The notes beneath the pieces were generated by a model. That model saw nothing but the letters and a program-made list of their open reading frames with translations. It made no database searches and had not been told where the DNA came from. A program made the translations under genes and the position numbers. A stretch of 57,133 nucleotides of DNA, the filler included, from Sphacelaria rigidula (lineage: Eukaryota): NCBI GenBank assembly GCA_964200075.2. It is 3 parts of 3 records of this genome, joined end to end, with 100 filler letters (N's around TTAATTAATTAA, not from the genome) between each part and the next. Parts side by side here need not be neighbours in the genome. Positions count along the whole stretch, not along the records: positions 1 to 18,992 come from CAXNAA020000754.1; 2 more parts are not named here. One strand, written 5' to 3'. Below, piece by piece: positions 1-13,100 of this stretch; positions within the stretch are counted from its first letter, which is position 1, and every line of letters begins with the position of its first letter.

Positions 1-3
1 GGG

Positions 4-69
4 CGTACTCATTTGTTGCTTACGTTAGCCGTTTGACCATTGATCACGCATCCCTTTCGAGACGGAGCA
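4..69 (+). repeat. Dispersed short repeat, copy 1 (copy 2 at 18868-18933)
   Basis: cgtactcatttgttgctt...catccctttcgagacggagca matches 18868-18933 at 62/66 positions by manual alignment. Both copies are followed by G-rich tracts. Confidence 0.85.
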
Positions 70-147
70 CGGGGGGGAAGGGGATGGGGGGGAGTCACGG
101 GAAAATGAGAAGAAATACTATACGCCCACCAGAAGACTAGTACTCAC

Positions 148-3100
148 CGGATATCATTCTCCACAGCATAGCCCCTCGCTTCCAATTCGTCCTTCCACCT
201 GCAGTACACAAAGTACAGCGTTTCGAATAGCAGCGGGGTTATACACTAACACCGGCAACGGCATTGCTATCCAATACACCATACACAACAAAACCATGCC
301 ATGATACTGGTTCTGTGCATTCGAAATGAGCTAGAGATACGGTACCTGTGCAAGCCTGGGTCAATACCTATCTTTCAACGGTGAGAAGCAGCAAAACAAT
401 GACTATGATAGTATCCCATGATCTAACTCACTTGTGGCGACGACAGTCGGATAGTCGGGTCAAACTGTCTACATTCAAATGTTCACGTGCACTTGACTTC
501 CGTTGTATTCTGCGAGCACCGAATTCTCGAGGATCTTTATCTTGGGGGGCGGACTTGAGTTTCGAGATATTTTGCCGGGGGGTTGATCACAGCACGGTGA
601 ATACCACCGCCACATGAAAATTTCATTACAGCACAGCACGCATCGCTTTCGTTCAGAAGATGCAGGCCAACATTTTTAATTCGCTAGGTTTCTAGGTGTC
701 GCAGTCAATCAAATCTCAAAAGTCCAACTGCGCATGAAGGAAAGTGAAATTTACCACAGTATTTGTAATGCTAGGGGCATCTCCGTATCTAACAAGGGAT
801 TCCGTATATCTTGAAATTGGCGCAACAAGCCCCTTTGTATTCAAGCCTCCTATTCCCCACACTTCATTCTAGCACGGTATCACGGACCACTCGAATCCAG
901 TTTACCCGGTGTTAAGTTTTGCATAACGGTGCAGTTCCGAGACCTTCTTGACCTGAACACGCAACCAGTATCTACTTGATTCTGTAATAGCTTGGTTATT
1001 TTATCAAACTCTGGGTGCCCTACAACTTACATTTCTCACCGCGGGTCAGGATGCTGGGGTACCCAACAGTTCAGTTCACGGATACCCTTACCAGGAAAAC
1101 CTTGAGCTTGGACGCCAAAACTATAATGCCTAGTGCCTCTATATTGCGTTTTCGCTGCACATTCTTTGGATTTACGCCAACTTTTCCCTCTGCCGGTCAC
1201 GGGAAAAAAGGAACACCGGGACGATGCCATTAGTCAAGCACCTGACGATGAGCCTCCATAGATATTCTCGGTCCTTGGCGTTCTTTTTCAGCTCCCTTAT
1301 CTCCTGGCCGAGCAGAGCCTCAATGTTCTCCTACACAGGAGTAGGCGTGACGTGTATGGCACGGTTGTGACAATCGCTTCAGTCTGGCAGGATCCCGGTT
1401 AAACGCCTGCTACAGGCCAAATATTGTAGAGCAACCTGGGACCGTGGGCGAAATGGATGAACAGCCGAAGACACGAATATGATATTTCGAGAGGATCCTT
1501 GCATGAGAGAATTCGCTGACGACAGGGATCACGCACCTGCGTCTGTACCATGCCCATCAACGCTTGTATCTTGCTTAGGGCGGTCGTCAGTTCAACTTGC
1601 TTCCCTCCTTGAATCGCCGCGTCCACCGAAACACCGCTCGAAGTCTCCCGCTTCGAACGACAGAATGCATGCGAGGGCAAAATAGATGGGACCTTGTCCT
1701 CGACGTTTCCGGCTCCCGATCTGTCCACGAGGAGCTGTTTGAGGTCGACGTGTTTCGCAGAAAGTGAACCCTGGCTCGTAAGTTTATGCAGTTTTCGTTC
1801 GGTGGGGCTGTTGCTGTCCGCGGATGGATCGCTGCGTGCTCTTCTTTCTTTCGCCCGACATCGATCCCCTGGCTGTTGATTTCCTACACTGGCGGGGACT
1901 GGAGCCACCTCGTTGACCCACCCAACGCTTGCTCCTGAAGTGGCGGCCGAAATAGGTCGTACTTGTTCATCTTCTCTTAATTTTTCACCGCAAACCTCCA
2001 CCCGTCCAAGAGTCTGCTGATTGCCTACATCCGACAAGGTGTGTTCACCCGAGACATCCGAGGTTGACGCTCGCGACTCCCCATCCTAGCCGCAAAACAG
2101 GGTGTGATCGGGAGGGCAAGAAGGTGGTCATGCGGCACACCCGTGAGCCATTGTCCATAGATTCTTCCACACAGAGGCACGAGATGCTAGGCAGCGAGCG
2201 ACTACGCGTGGACATTCAAGAGGGATCGAAAACACGATGTGCAAGAGCTATTACTGTCGACCGCAGGAGATCACGATGGAGGACCGACCGTGGGGTAAGG
2301 AAAACTCAGGCCTTCACCTGCAGCCGGTAAACCACCGATCCCAGGCGCTTGTTCTCTGCCAAAAGACACGCCACCAATTTTTCCACTGCCGCACTGAGGT
2401 CCTCTCCTGCCGCTCGGCCGCCGCGAAAACGCAACGAAATATCGCTCGCCACGTTGTCGCCTGTATCGCGACAGCTGTTGTTCGTCTCACCGGCAGATGG
2501 TTCCACGAGTGGTCCGAAAGCCGGGACAACAAAAGTCCTACTCAAGATATTCTCGTCCGTGAATCCATCTGCATCTTTGCCCTGTGTTTGGGGGCGATCA
2601 GCAGGTACTGGGGCAGCACTTGTACCGTAAGGTCCACTCGAGGAACGGTGGGCTCTTTCGATGTGGTCAATATGGAGAAGGAACAACAGTGACAACACGA
2701 GGCGAAGAAACAGCACCAAGTCAGGTGGATTCATGAAGAAAATGGCCCATGACACAAGCAGTATTTTGAGAACGAGTATATCTTGGGCGTTACGCCAGCG
2801 GGAGGGGCCTGCCCTCTGTACCGAGACATCAAGACTTTCAAGTCTGCCCCGAAGCAAACCGCAACCATGCACATGCTCACCTCCTGAGAGCCTTCTCGGT
2901 TTCCCGGAACTTGGATTCTGCTGACCGAAGCTGCTTGCCCAAGAGCAATACCTCCACCTCGAGCTCCTGCAGGCGAGGTATCACATTGGCCCATAAAGCC
3001 ATATTTCCATGAAACGGATCCACAGGGAGAAACACCGCACACGTGTTTGTGCCATAGTGTGTGCCATTGCAAGCAAAGGGCATCGGATGGGCGGTGCCCA

Positions 3101-4573
3101 CTGCAAGCACGGTGCAGCATACTTACTAGACAGAAAAGTGGAAGGAAATTTATTGTCAACACAAGATGATCGCAACAGGAACACAGCGAATGGCCTGCAC
3201 GCTATGATACGGATTGTGGTACTTCGACAGATGTTTCTGGACATTTTATCATCCATCACAGGTGCTTCTCACCTGCACTCTTCGCTGACAGATCCTTCGA
3301 AGCCTTTCTTCGCCTTGCGCCTTCAAGGACAGTTGTCGTACAACACGATTTGCCTCATGCTCAATCTCCGAAATACGCCTGGCCATTTGTTCTTTCTAGT
3401 GGCATCGAGTGAAACAGGACATTCGTGAAAAGACAACCGAGAACGGCACAGCGAAGGAGGGGTGGGCGCGTGCCGAGTACATGCAGCGGTCAAAGCGAGC
3501 ACCGCGCTTCTCGGAAGACGGCACCTGCGTACCCCACGATCTTTTTCTTCTGACCAAGATGTCACAACATTGAAGTACGAAATGAACATGCCGTTTCAAC
3601 ATGTTCTGGCGGAATAACAGACTCGCGCGCTATCTACAGCCCATGCAATGTTTGGCACAGTGATACGCGACACGGTAGACTCCGATTCCACCATACAACA
3701 TTTAATACACATCACGCTTACTTCGTGCTGTAAATCGCCGTGTCGAGAAATTTAATTCACGATCCAGCTGATGTGCAGACGTTCTCGAGTCCCCAGGTTA
3801 CACCACGCAGGCACACGTATTCACCTGGGTTTGGAATGCCTCACGCTCCAAGTGTCTTCCGTCGGCCATGAGCGCCAGCTCCTTCTCCAGTGAATCCACC
3901 TGTTGTGTTGTAAGGACGAATCAACGACCGGATCGGCGGTGGGCCCTACACCATCATGTTTTATTTTACAAATATAAATAGAACGGTACGTCGATTCGTT
4001 CTGCTACGAGCGCAGAAACAACTCAAGACGAGCAGCGGCGGGAAATTTATCCCTGATCAAAGTTTGCCAGCTTGTAGCGGGTGTCAATCGAATCCCCTCC
4101 TACACCATACGTGTTGCTATTCAGGCCTCTCGAAGAACTCATACTGGTAGCATCTAAATGATACGATGGCGTCGTCACCGTCGGTCTCGGAATAGTTTTC
4201 TCTTGCGTTCCTGTGGAGTGACACCTCCTTGGATTTTCAAACAAAAGTGTACTGCCGTAGGTTCGCCTCCTAGCAGAAAGAACAACGATGCTGAGTAGGG
4301 AAGAACATGCTTGTTATGGCAGATGGGTTAGGTGTCAGACGAGTAGAGGAATAAAGTCTTGACGACAGCCGTAGCTGTGTCAGCGACCAACTTTCAAACC
4401 AATCTGCAGTCGCGGTGCCTCACGGTGCCTCTCGGGCGGAGAGTGGCTGGCATTGTACCCACAATAATTCACGTGCGCTACTGACTGTAGTCCTTCCCCA
4501 CCTTGAGAACATACTTCGCTCGATCACCTTGCACCCAGCTTCCAACTAGCATTCCTTCCAACTCGGTTTCCAT
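148..4573 (-). CDS. Multi-exon gene for an uncharacterised coiled-coil-containing protein (3' end runs off the window)
   Basis: Hand-built exons with GT..AG boundaries and consistent phases: 4502-4573 (METELEGMLVGSWVQGDRAKYVLK), 3825-3899 (VDSLEKELALMADGRHLEREAFQTQ), 3273-3320 (AQGEERLRRICQRRVQ), 2881-2966 (ELEVEVLLLGKQLRSAESKFRETEKALR), 2318-2654, 1537-2085, 1242-1330 (ENIEALLGQEIRELKKNAKDREYLWRLIV), 148-198 (WKDELEARGYAVENDI). About 435 codons with no stop. E/K/L/R-rich helical segments flank a Ser/Gly-rich low-complexity middle. The start codon is tentative. Confidence 0.75.
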
Positions 4574-5625
4574 GGTCACATCACTCTCGGCAGCAGGGAC
4601 CGTAACGTGGATATATTTTTGATTCAAAATATAATAGCCCTAATACGTTGTGATCGCTGTCATAACCCAGTCAATCGATCCTTTCGCACAGCTGTCCTGT
4701 CCTGCCGTATCCAGGGGGCTTCGTCTGCAACTTCATCTTGCATGAGACTACGACGTGCAAATATCCCTCTACACGTACAACAGTGCAGTCAGTAAGGGTG
4801 ATGATATTGGATTGTTTCTATTCCATTTTTGGCTATTACGACCGCGGGTCTGAGCGAAGGGGATGATTTAATGTATAATTGCAACCCCAATCCTGATGCA
4901 AAGATGGAAACCAGACGGCTGTAAATAAAATCCAGCCGAATCGTTCACCGCTCGGCACTGCGGTGAAAGCAGCGGTTGGACTGCGCGATGGGAAAATCCA
5001 GGCGCCGGATCTCTCGTGATCCTGTGGAAGATGATGGGGAAGATTTCAATGCTGTAAAACAGCACAGCACAACAGGTGACAACACAGAACATGTTAAAAG
5101 TGCCACATGGTGCCGCTGAAAGTCTACCGTCCAGTGTCCTACAGTATAATCCAATCCGGACCGGGCACCTGTCCGCATGTTCTGTTTTGCGCTGTCTATC
5201 TGGGTTGTACAAGCTTTACATACATCTATTCATGGGCAGTAGAAACACGATGGTCTATCGTCGGAGGTCAGGCCTATGTCGACCGCATGCTTGTTTCGGT
5301 AGGACGGTGCGGGGCCAATAATGACAGGCCAAGTCCAAGATGCATGGCTTCTTCGAAGGTGTACCGACCAGATTTCCTATCTTGTGATCTGTATCGTCGG
5401 ATTCGTTTCTGAGTGGCGAGGCTCGCCGATTAAACAATACTGCCGCGCTGAACTGCTGTGTGCTGACCTCATCGTGACGCGTCACAGACGACCAAGATGC
5501 TGGGCTAGACACAAGTGAAAGGAAGATGGGAGACATGGTGTGGTGAGCTTGCTTGTCACGGTCCTTTTTTTCATGACATGCTTATAATAGTTGGAATGCA
5601 TATCTGCATTGATGCGGAAAATGGT

Positions 5626-5688
<63 letters not shown>
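5626..5688. repeat. (ACA)21 microsatellite
   Basis: Perfect trinucleotide run, directly visible. Confidence 0.97.
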
Positions 5689-7866
5689 GTACAGTGCGTG
5701 AACGATGGAACAATACGATATCACCGAGGCGGGTCAACTCAGAATCGGGTTCGCCGTCGAACAATCTATGGTTGACACACTTTGGAATTGCTGAACCCTA
5801 CGTATCGTGAACCTAACCCAAACTCAGGCTGTGTTTTATCAATTTGTTTTTGACTCGAAAACGTACGGTGGAATCCAATTTGCTTGTACCTGATACGTGC
5901 ACGGCATTCTTGTTCTCAACCACGTGAGAAAATTATAATAGTAGCGTCGACGAATCAGAAACGAGCGAATTCGATTCGACCGCACGTTTTCGACACCAAA
6001 ACAATTTGATAAGACACGACTTCAACCTGAACTCGAAACCCAAGGCAGACCGAGAACCGTCGGGCAAATCGGCCTTAGAGGGTGGCAGTAGGCGACGTGT
6101 GCCTCGCTGGCTCGAATGGACGCCGCACAACCGACGTCTTGAGCATAAACGCGTGCTGCACGCGTTGGCAAGCGCTCGAGACTGTTAACTCCCGACACAC
6201 GCTAATGCCAGCGTCCACACGAAACCGTGGGCGAAAACACCATGGATCGTTGGCGATTAGCTCCCGGAACTTTTATTCTCACGACGACTGACCTCTGACG
6301 TGGCCCCTTTCGATTTCCGAGCCCGAGAGGTCGAAACTGCGGTTGGAAACTTGAATCATGGGCGCCTACTTGAACAATTGCCATGTCTGCTGGTTGGGCT
6401 TCTGTTTTCGTTCGGAATACTTGTAAGTTTACTATATTCTTGGCGGAGAGGCGATACCTACATGAAAATATGGGATGGCACAAAGGCTGGTCCCGCTACT
6501 TGAGACCAAGATGTGTGTTCGGGGTGAACAACCCGAGCGGCAGAAAAACAAAGCACAATAAGCGGGTTCACTACTACCGTACGACGGCCCCGGAGTGCGC
6601 CGCGCGGTCCGATCGATCAATCAGGCACTTTCCATTTCATACTATTAAGCCTTTGACAGCGACCCCTCCGCAGGTGGACTGAGATGGACTATGCCATATT
6701 TAGGGTTCAAAACAGCTCTTTTCTCGCGACACAAAACGCCTTATCATAAACATACGCATGTTGAGCATCTATGTAGAAAATAGTCCCGGAGAACCCCTGA
6801 CCGGTATTGACCCTGCAGTCTATTGCGTACAGAGTCAGTGTGTGTGTCCTCCCTGGATACAACGGCAAGGAATAGTCAGCACGCCCTCGCTCCCCGCCGA
6901 CCTCAGTCTACTACATGCTGCCGGTGTCTCTGCTTAGTGTTCCACGACACTGCAGGCAGTGTGAAGCTACGCTGGCAACACATGAGGGATCAGGCAGGTG
7001 GCATAGACCACGAGCAGAGTGAAAAGCACGTTATCTGTGCCCATGTTATCTACGGTTGAATCGTCATAACTAAAGTGAGAAATACGGCCAAACAGCGAAG
7101 TAGTCAAGCAGTAGTTCACCACCTGTAGGGGAACAAAGTGACCATTTTGATAGCGGTGATTGGTCAGAATGATCACTCCGCTCCTCTCGGGCCTGTTTGG
7201 AAGTTTCCCATGGAAAATCACGAGACAGGAACGCACGGATCCACCCCTCTCATAAAAAAACCACCCCCCCCGCCCCCAGGAAACCCCCGGACGTCTCTGT
7301 ACTGTTAGCCTGTGAAACTGTTCCGAGGCGACGCTTGCTGTGTAAGGGTTACTACGTTTTCTGTCACACATCTGATACGCCCTCGGAGCGGCAGTTTGGG
7401 GAGGATCGATACAAGAAATCGACAAAAGTAAGGGGCACTTTCAAGGGGCTGCTTTTTTCAGACTATGCCATGTCCTTCGGGAAAATAACTTTCTCCCCGT
7501 GAAATGTTGCAGCAGATTTATCGACCAGGTCGAGCAATGGATCAATTCAAGACTGACTATATATTACTCCGAAAATCTAGCGTTGTGTTTGTTGTTTCTT
7601 TCGGAAGAGTCGGATTTTTCCGAAAAAATCGAAAAAGTCTGAAAAAAAGTGTCCTGTCAATAAAACCCCTCAGCTCTTGCTCGATCGACCTGGAATTCGA
7701 TCCGCGCGTTGCTGACACCAGGCCGAGAACAACAGTACCTGTTTCGACACCCAACCCGTTCCGTATCGTTCGGAAGATGTGCCCACAACAAATACGATAC
7801 ATTTGGGGAAACGCCTACAAAACCGTGAGGGATTTTTCACACCCTAGGGAGCCTACATCTCGTGGA

Positions 7867-8126
7867 TTTTCCGCTCGAGGTTTCGAGAGTCAGGGCCTCA
7901 GATTTGAGAAGAGGTGCGAATCAATCATCCAAAGGCCATGATAAGGGGATACTTTTCTTCTGATCAGAAATTGAGAGCGGATATACATTTCGAAAATTCA
8001 GTTCAGATAGATCCCAACTAGAGAAGGAACAAAATTAAGATCCCCTGATCATAGCCTTCAAGCGGTCGATCCGCCCCTCTGCTCAAGATTTCAGGTACTG
8101 CTGACTCTCAAACCTCGAGCGAAAAA
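7867..8126. repeat. Degenerate ~85-bp inverted repeat pair (MITE/foldback-like)
   Basis: 7867-7950 (ttttccgctcgaggtttcgagagtcag...aaggccatgataaggggat) aligns to the reverse complement of 8040-8126 (tttttcgctcgaggtttgagagtcag...aaggctatgatcaggggat). Spacer is ~90 bp. Confidence 0.7.
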
Positions 8127-10166
8127 CTACCCGTGACACTTCCTTGTCTCAAGTAGACCACCTGGTACCATCGATAACTAGGCATCGACAATGGCCACGG
8201 GGTTGTGGGTGGTGCAACACTTACTTCGGTATCGCCATTATTCACATGGTGTGCAACACATGTGCAATAGTGTCTGGATACTTCGTTGGTTTCGATCTGC
8301 TTCAGTGTGTACAGAAACCGTAGCTAACCGAATTTGGAAGCTGTCTGTGGAATTGCTCGCATTTTCGATGAACTCCTTGAAGCGCACACGTCCAACTGGC
8401 GTCTATCTACGCCTTCGCTATGAGCTATTCTCCACGCGGAACTATCAGCGGTCAGGTAATCCTCGGGTAATCGGAACAGTTAGCATGGGCGATGAAAGGG
8501 TTGATCCCTTTCCAGTCCGAGGCCGCCGATTGGGCGTCGGTAGGATGAACTTGTCGTGGTGGTCATACTGTCGATTTTTTGTGGAAAGACAACGCCTATT
8601 TAGAACCAGGCAGTTTGGGGAGGAATTAGGCGCGTGTCGTCATTCCGTGCACATGGTTGGTACTAGCAGCTCATTGGCCGTGACGTGTGGAGACGACTTC
8701 CATGAGCTGTGATCGCAGCCAGTAGGAAGATATGTCGTTGCGCATATTTGGAGATTGTTGCCCACCCATATATGCACATGCGTGGGGGGTCTGAAAATAC
8801 CAGGGTACACATGTCACTTGTATACTCCATTCCACTGCCCAAGGCAAAAGCGCGGTATCCCACATTCCGATCATGCTGCGATATTCCATGTCTGGCTTTC
8901 ACCCGTCAGGTACACCCCAGCTGTACGCCGACACTTGAAGGACAGCTATATCTGCGTAAATGGTATACTAGACATGAAAACACAACATAACAGCACATCA
9001 CATCGGGGACGGGGCACAATAGAAGGGAGGAATTAGCAAGCAAAAGAAAGACGCGAGGGGATGGTGGATGGTGGGTATTCCTGCCACCTCCGCCGTATTC
9101 AGTCCGGTACACATCTGGCATCTGGCTACACGTTCTGCCATCTCCCTCCTGCTCTCCTCGCCCGCTTTCAGCATCCAGAAGCCCGGGACAAATGCTATGG
9201 ACACTCTTCACGCCCCCGAGCTGACGAACAAACTGGGGCACTTATGAAGGCTGATCGTCACTGCCTAGTGGCGAATACCATGCAAATCCAACAACCGTAC
9301 CCTGTACAGTATCGCGAGATGGCTCATTGGCAGCACATTGTGTGGCGGAGAAGGTTAGCCTTTTGCGTACAGTACTTGCTTTTGAAGAATCCAATCGCCC
9401 GAAGTATCTCGGATGCCAGGTATGTTGTGGCATGATGTCATGGATGACCGAACAACAGCTCCCTCTCTTTAACCGACTTCCAACACGACGGCCAATGGAC
9501 ATAGTTGGCTCCACGCTTACCCCCACGTTACGATGGTTGGTGGACCTTCGCGTTGGAGCAGCAGCAGCCGCGTGTGCTGTCTGACCCTGTTGTACACGGC
9601 CACCGTATGCAGCATGTTCATGCCGCAGAACTATCCGGTTATCAACAGTTCTGCTGAGCGTTACGTTGTTTTTAGTCGAGGCGAACCTTCAGCGGCCTAA
9701 CTGATGGGAGTCAGTGTATTTAACGCCTTCTGCAGAGATAACGTATGTCGTTCTATGTGCATTTTGTATTTGTGTCTTGGCAGCTAGTCTGCGTTGCCAT
9801 GGCAATCGCCGTCGGTACTGCACCATGTATCGGCACCGTGCTACTATAGCACATTTCAGAGAGAACAGCTTATTTTTGAAGGAGCCGTGAAACTTGAGAC
9901 ATGTTGCGGGCTGCTTGAAAAAATCAATTGAAAGATTCCGAGGTGGTGTTTGTAGAGCAGAGATTGCTGGTTTTTTTTCATCAACCGACCACACCCGCAT
10001 CTTTTCGTAGTATGTGCACCACTAGTTGCTTCTGTCGTAACCATGACACTTGCATCGGGAGCTCTGTCGGTCCTAACCCTGGCACTCGCACTTGTGCTGT
10101 GATCTGATTATCGTCACCGTGCCTGCCGCATTGCGAGGCCACCGTGTCACTGACCAACGCGGCATT

Positions 10167-13100
10167 ATGGTTTGTCGCGTGCCCAGGGCTCCTTCGCTGC
10201 TAGTGGCGGCGGCGTTCGTGGCGATGGTGAGGCTGCTATCCGCCGGAACCACCTGTGTAGGAGATTGCGACGAAACGTACAACTACTGGGAGCCTCTCCA
10301 CTACATGCTCTACGGCTTCGGCTTCCAGACATGGTTCGTACTGTACTACTTACAGTGTACTCTACCTGCAGGCAACCCTTCGGGAGCAGATGTCTTTCAA
10401 AGGTCGAAAGCGTCCCTCTCGAATACGAACATTTGCCTGGAAGTGCGTGACGGGGGTCCTGTTGAGCGTATGCATTCCGAGATGGGACTTTTCGCTGGTC
10501 AATCATGATACCAACCATGAAAGGCTCACGACAGACCTCAAGAGCAGGCGTACTTTTTGCGAGAAAGATCCTGACCCTGAAGGAAGAGTTCGTGCGAGTT
10601 GTTCCGAATTATCTGTGACTACCCACACAAGTTCCCCCCCCCCTTTGGAAGTTGGTCGCATCTACCCCTTGGACGTGTTGCTGGTGGTATTATGATATCT
10701 TCATGAGCACTGTGCTTCCGGGCGCTACTTGGTGCACCCGGACGTGAGAGCATCGATGCTCCCTTCCCTGATTTTTTCTACAGCAGTTCCTACTCGCGTG
10801 TAACGCACACGTGTCTGCCACAATTCCGTCGCATAGTTTGTACTATACCGATATCTTGAGTGAATATAAAATACTCCATTTTGTTTTATTTTATTGTACG
10901 TAGTTATGTTCGGTTCCTATCCTTTCCTTCCCTGATGGTTTTGATTCGGGTTTTCGTTCCTCATCTGTCTCGGTTTTAGGTTCTCAGTTCACTTCTTTTG
11001 TGTGTTGTATGTACATATCGCTTTTCTTCAGCAATCGTTTTCGTTTTGTTTACCTCGGGTATATCTAACTTGTCACCACGGCTGGGACCCTCTGGAGTTA
11101 GTTAGTGTACGACAATCAATCAATTAACCAGTCAACTGCTTTCCCATCCTACCAAGTCTTGTCTGCAAGGTGCAAGGTAAGGACACGAGGAGGGCTACTT
11201 GCCCGCTTTGTCTACTACACCTGGATCCCGTGCTGACATTTAACCTAGTGCTAGTAAACAAGACTCTTTGGAATATACCGGTTCCATGTACTACTCTGTT
11301 TCAAATTTGGTTCTCGCGATCGGATGCTTGGTTGTGTGCTTGAACTACAATACCCCTCCCTCGGGTGCCACCTTCGGTCGGGTCGTGACTGCCTTCGTGC
11401 AGTCGAGTAGTGATACTTGTACCGCAACCGTCGTGTTCGTTTTACGCAGGGAATACGCCCCGAAGTACGCGCTTAGGAGCTACTTCTATCTTCTTCCGTC
11501 TATGAGTGCGGCCAGGGCGTCGCAAACGCTTCTGTCATTCTTTGGATTCGAGGACGACAAGCCGCAGGTTGGGAGTACTGTACCATAATTTGTGATTGGA
11601 ATGGTGCGCGGCGGGGCGGAGCGAGCTACGAATACTTACCTATTTTAGTGCTCTATCCGTGTCCGCATAGTCCTTGAATTTTTGAAAGATGGCGCCCGTT
11701 CGTGCAAAATACGACGTGGACTATGTTTCAGAGTGTACAGTTCACGCCGTACCTCATGGTACCGCTAGTGTACTTCAACCCCGTCCAAATCTCCGATACG
11801 TGCCATGCTAGGGGCAACTGTGAGAACATGCAAATTCATTTCAGTGATGAAAAAGCCGGCTGTCTTGCTATTCCAAATGCCCCCTCCTGCCCCTGACTCT
11901 GTACCTGTTGTTTTTTGTGGATCGACGCGTATCCGCATCCACCGCGGGGTCGGCGTAGGTTTGGCTTGGGGTGCGGTTGTTCCACGTGCTGTGCTGCACC
12001 ATGTGCGAGGTGCTCATGTATAGTGCTGTCAAAAACAAGATTGGCAGGTGAGGGGTAAAAAGTTATCGTTCGCGCGGTTCATGCTCGGGAATGTTGGGAG
12101 AGATAGAACCGGTGTTCTTGAGCTATCCACAGCACTCATATCGCATGCCCGGCGTGGAAAGCAGTACATGTGTTTGGTTGTACTAGCCATGGCTCGTCAG
12201 CCATTCGTTTGGGATGAAAGTCGGGAAGTGGACGCTGCAACGCACTTTCTCCGCGTCCCTGCAGTGGCGTAAAAGTCGCTGACGACAGGTACACAGCTCA
12301 GTATACTGTACCTTTCAGGTGGAAGATATGCTGCATCTATTTACGTGTGTCCTCATGCAACGTCACAGCCCTGTAGGTTTTCATTTAACCCGATGCAGCG
12401 TGGGTGTAGCACTCTAAGTTGCGTTGAGATGGTCAGTGGCTAACGGCGCCATTTCGATCTTTCGGAGGGGTTCTTGAACATGTGCGTGATGAATTTGGTC
12501 GTCCTCAGGTATGAAACTTCCCCTGACGCTCCTTCATCTATACGTATGCGTCTGCGTCTGCCATACTCTACGTTGCCAGGCGTGCAGGAGGTCTCTTCTT
12601 AATTTTGTCGGCTACCTCAGCAGGCATGTTCGTGGCTGCCCCGGCTCTCCTACCCTCCTCCTCGGCTATGGTACTGGTATTGCTTGCCATGGCCATGTGG
12701 ATTCACCAGCGTTTTGTACCCGCGGTGAGATGTAGCACTGCAGCTTCGTGTACTCCCTTGTGCCACGAGTATCACTTCTGTCAACCACTCGCTCCGACAA
12801 AATGGAACAGAACAGGAGGTTTGTTCTGCAAAGCTTCCTGGCATTCCGCGTTGCATTCAGTACTTACCCCCTCGCGCCTGTTCTAGAGGCAGCACAGGCA
12901 GATTTGTTTTTTTTATTGATCGTCGCATTTGAACTGACCCCCCAGTGATCCAGCTGTGATCACATGATGGACGTACCCGAGACAAGACAAAATTGAAGCG
13001 CTCGCTGAAGAAAAAATAAGAAACAGAAAAGGTAGAACAGAACAACAGATTAGACTGCAGGAAAAAAAAGGCAGGTAAATTCATAATCTACCGAAATGAT

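Noticed and set aside
5482-5775. Poly-Cys/Thr/Leu ORFs
   Set aside because: Translation artefacts of the (ACA)21 microsatellite.
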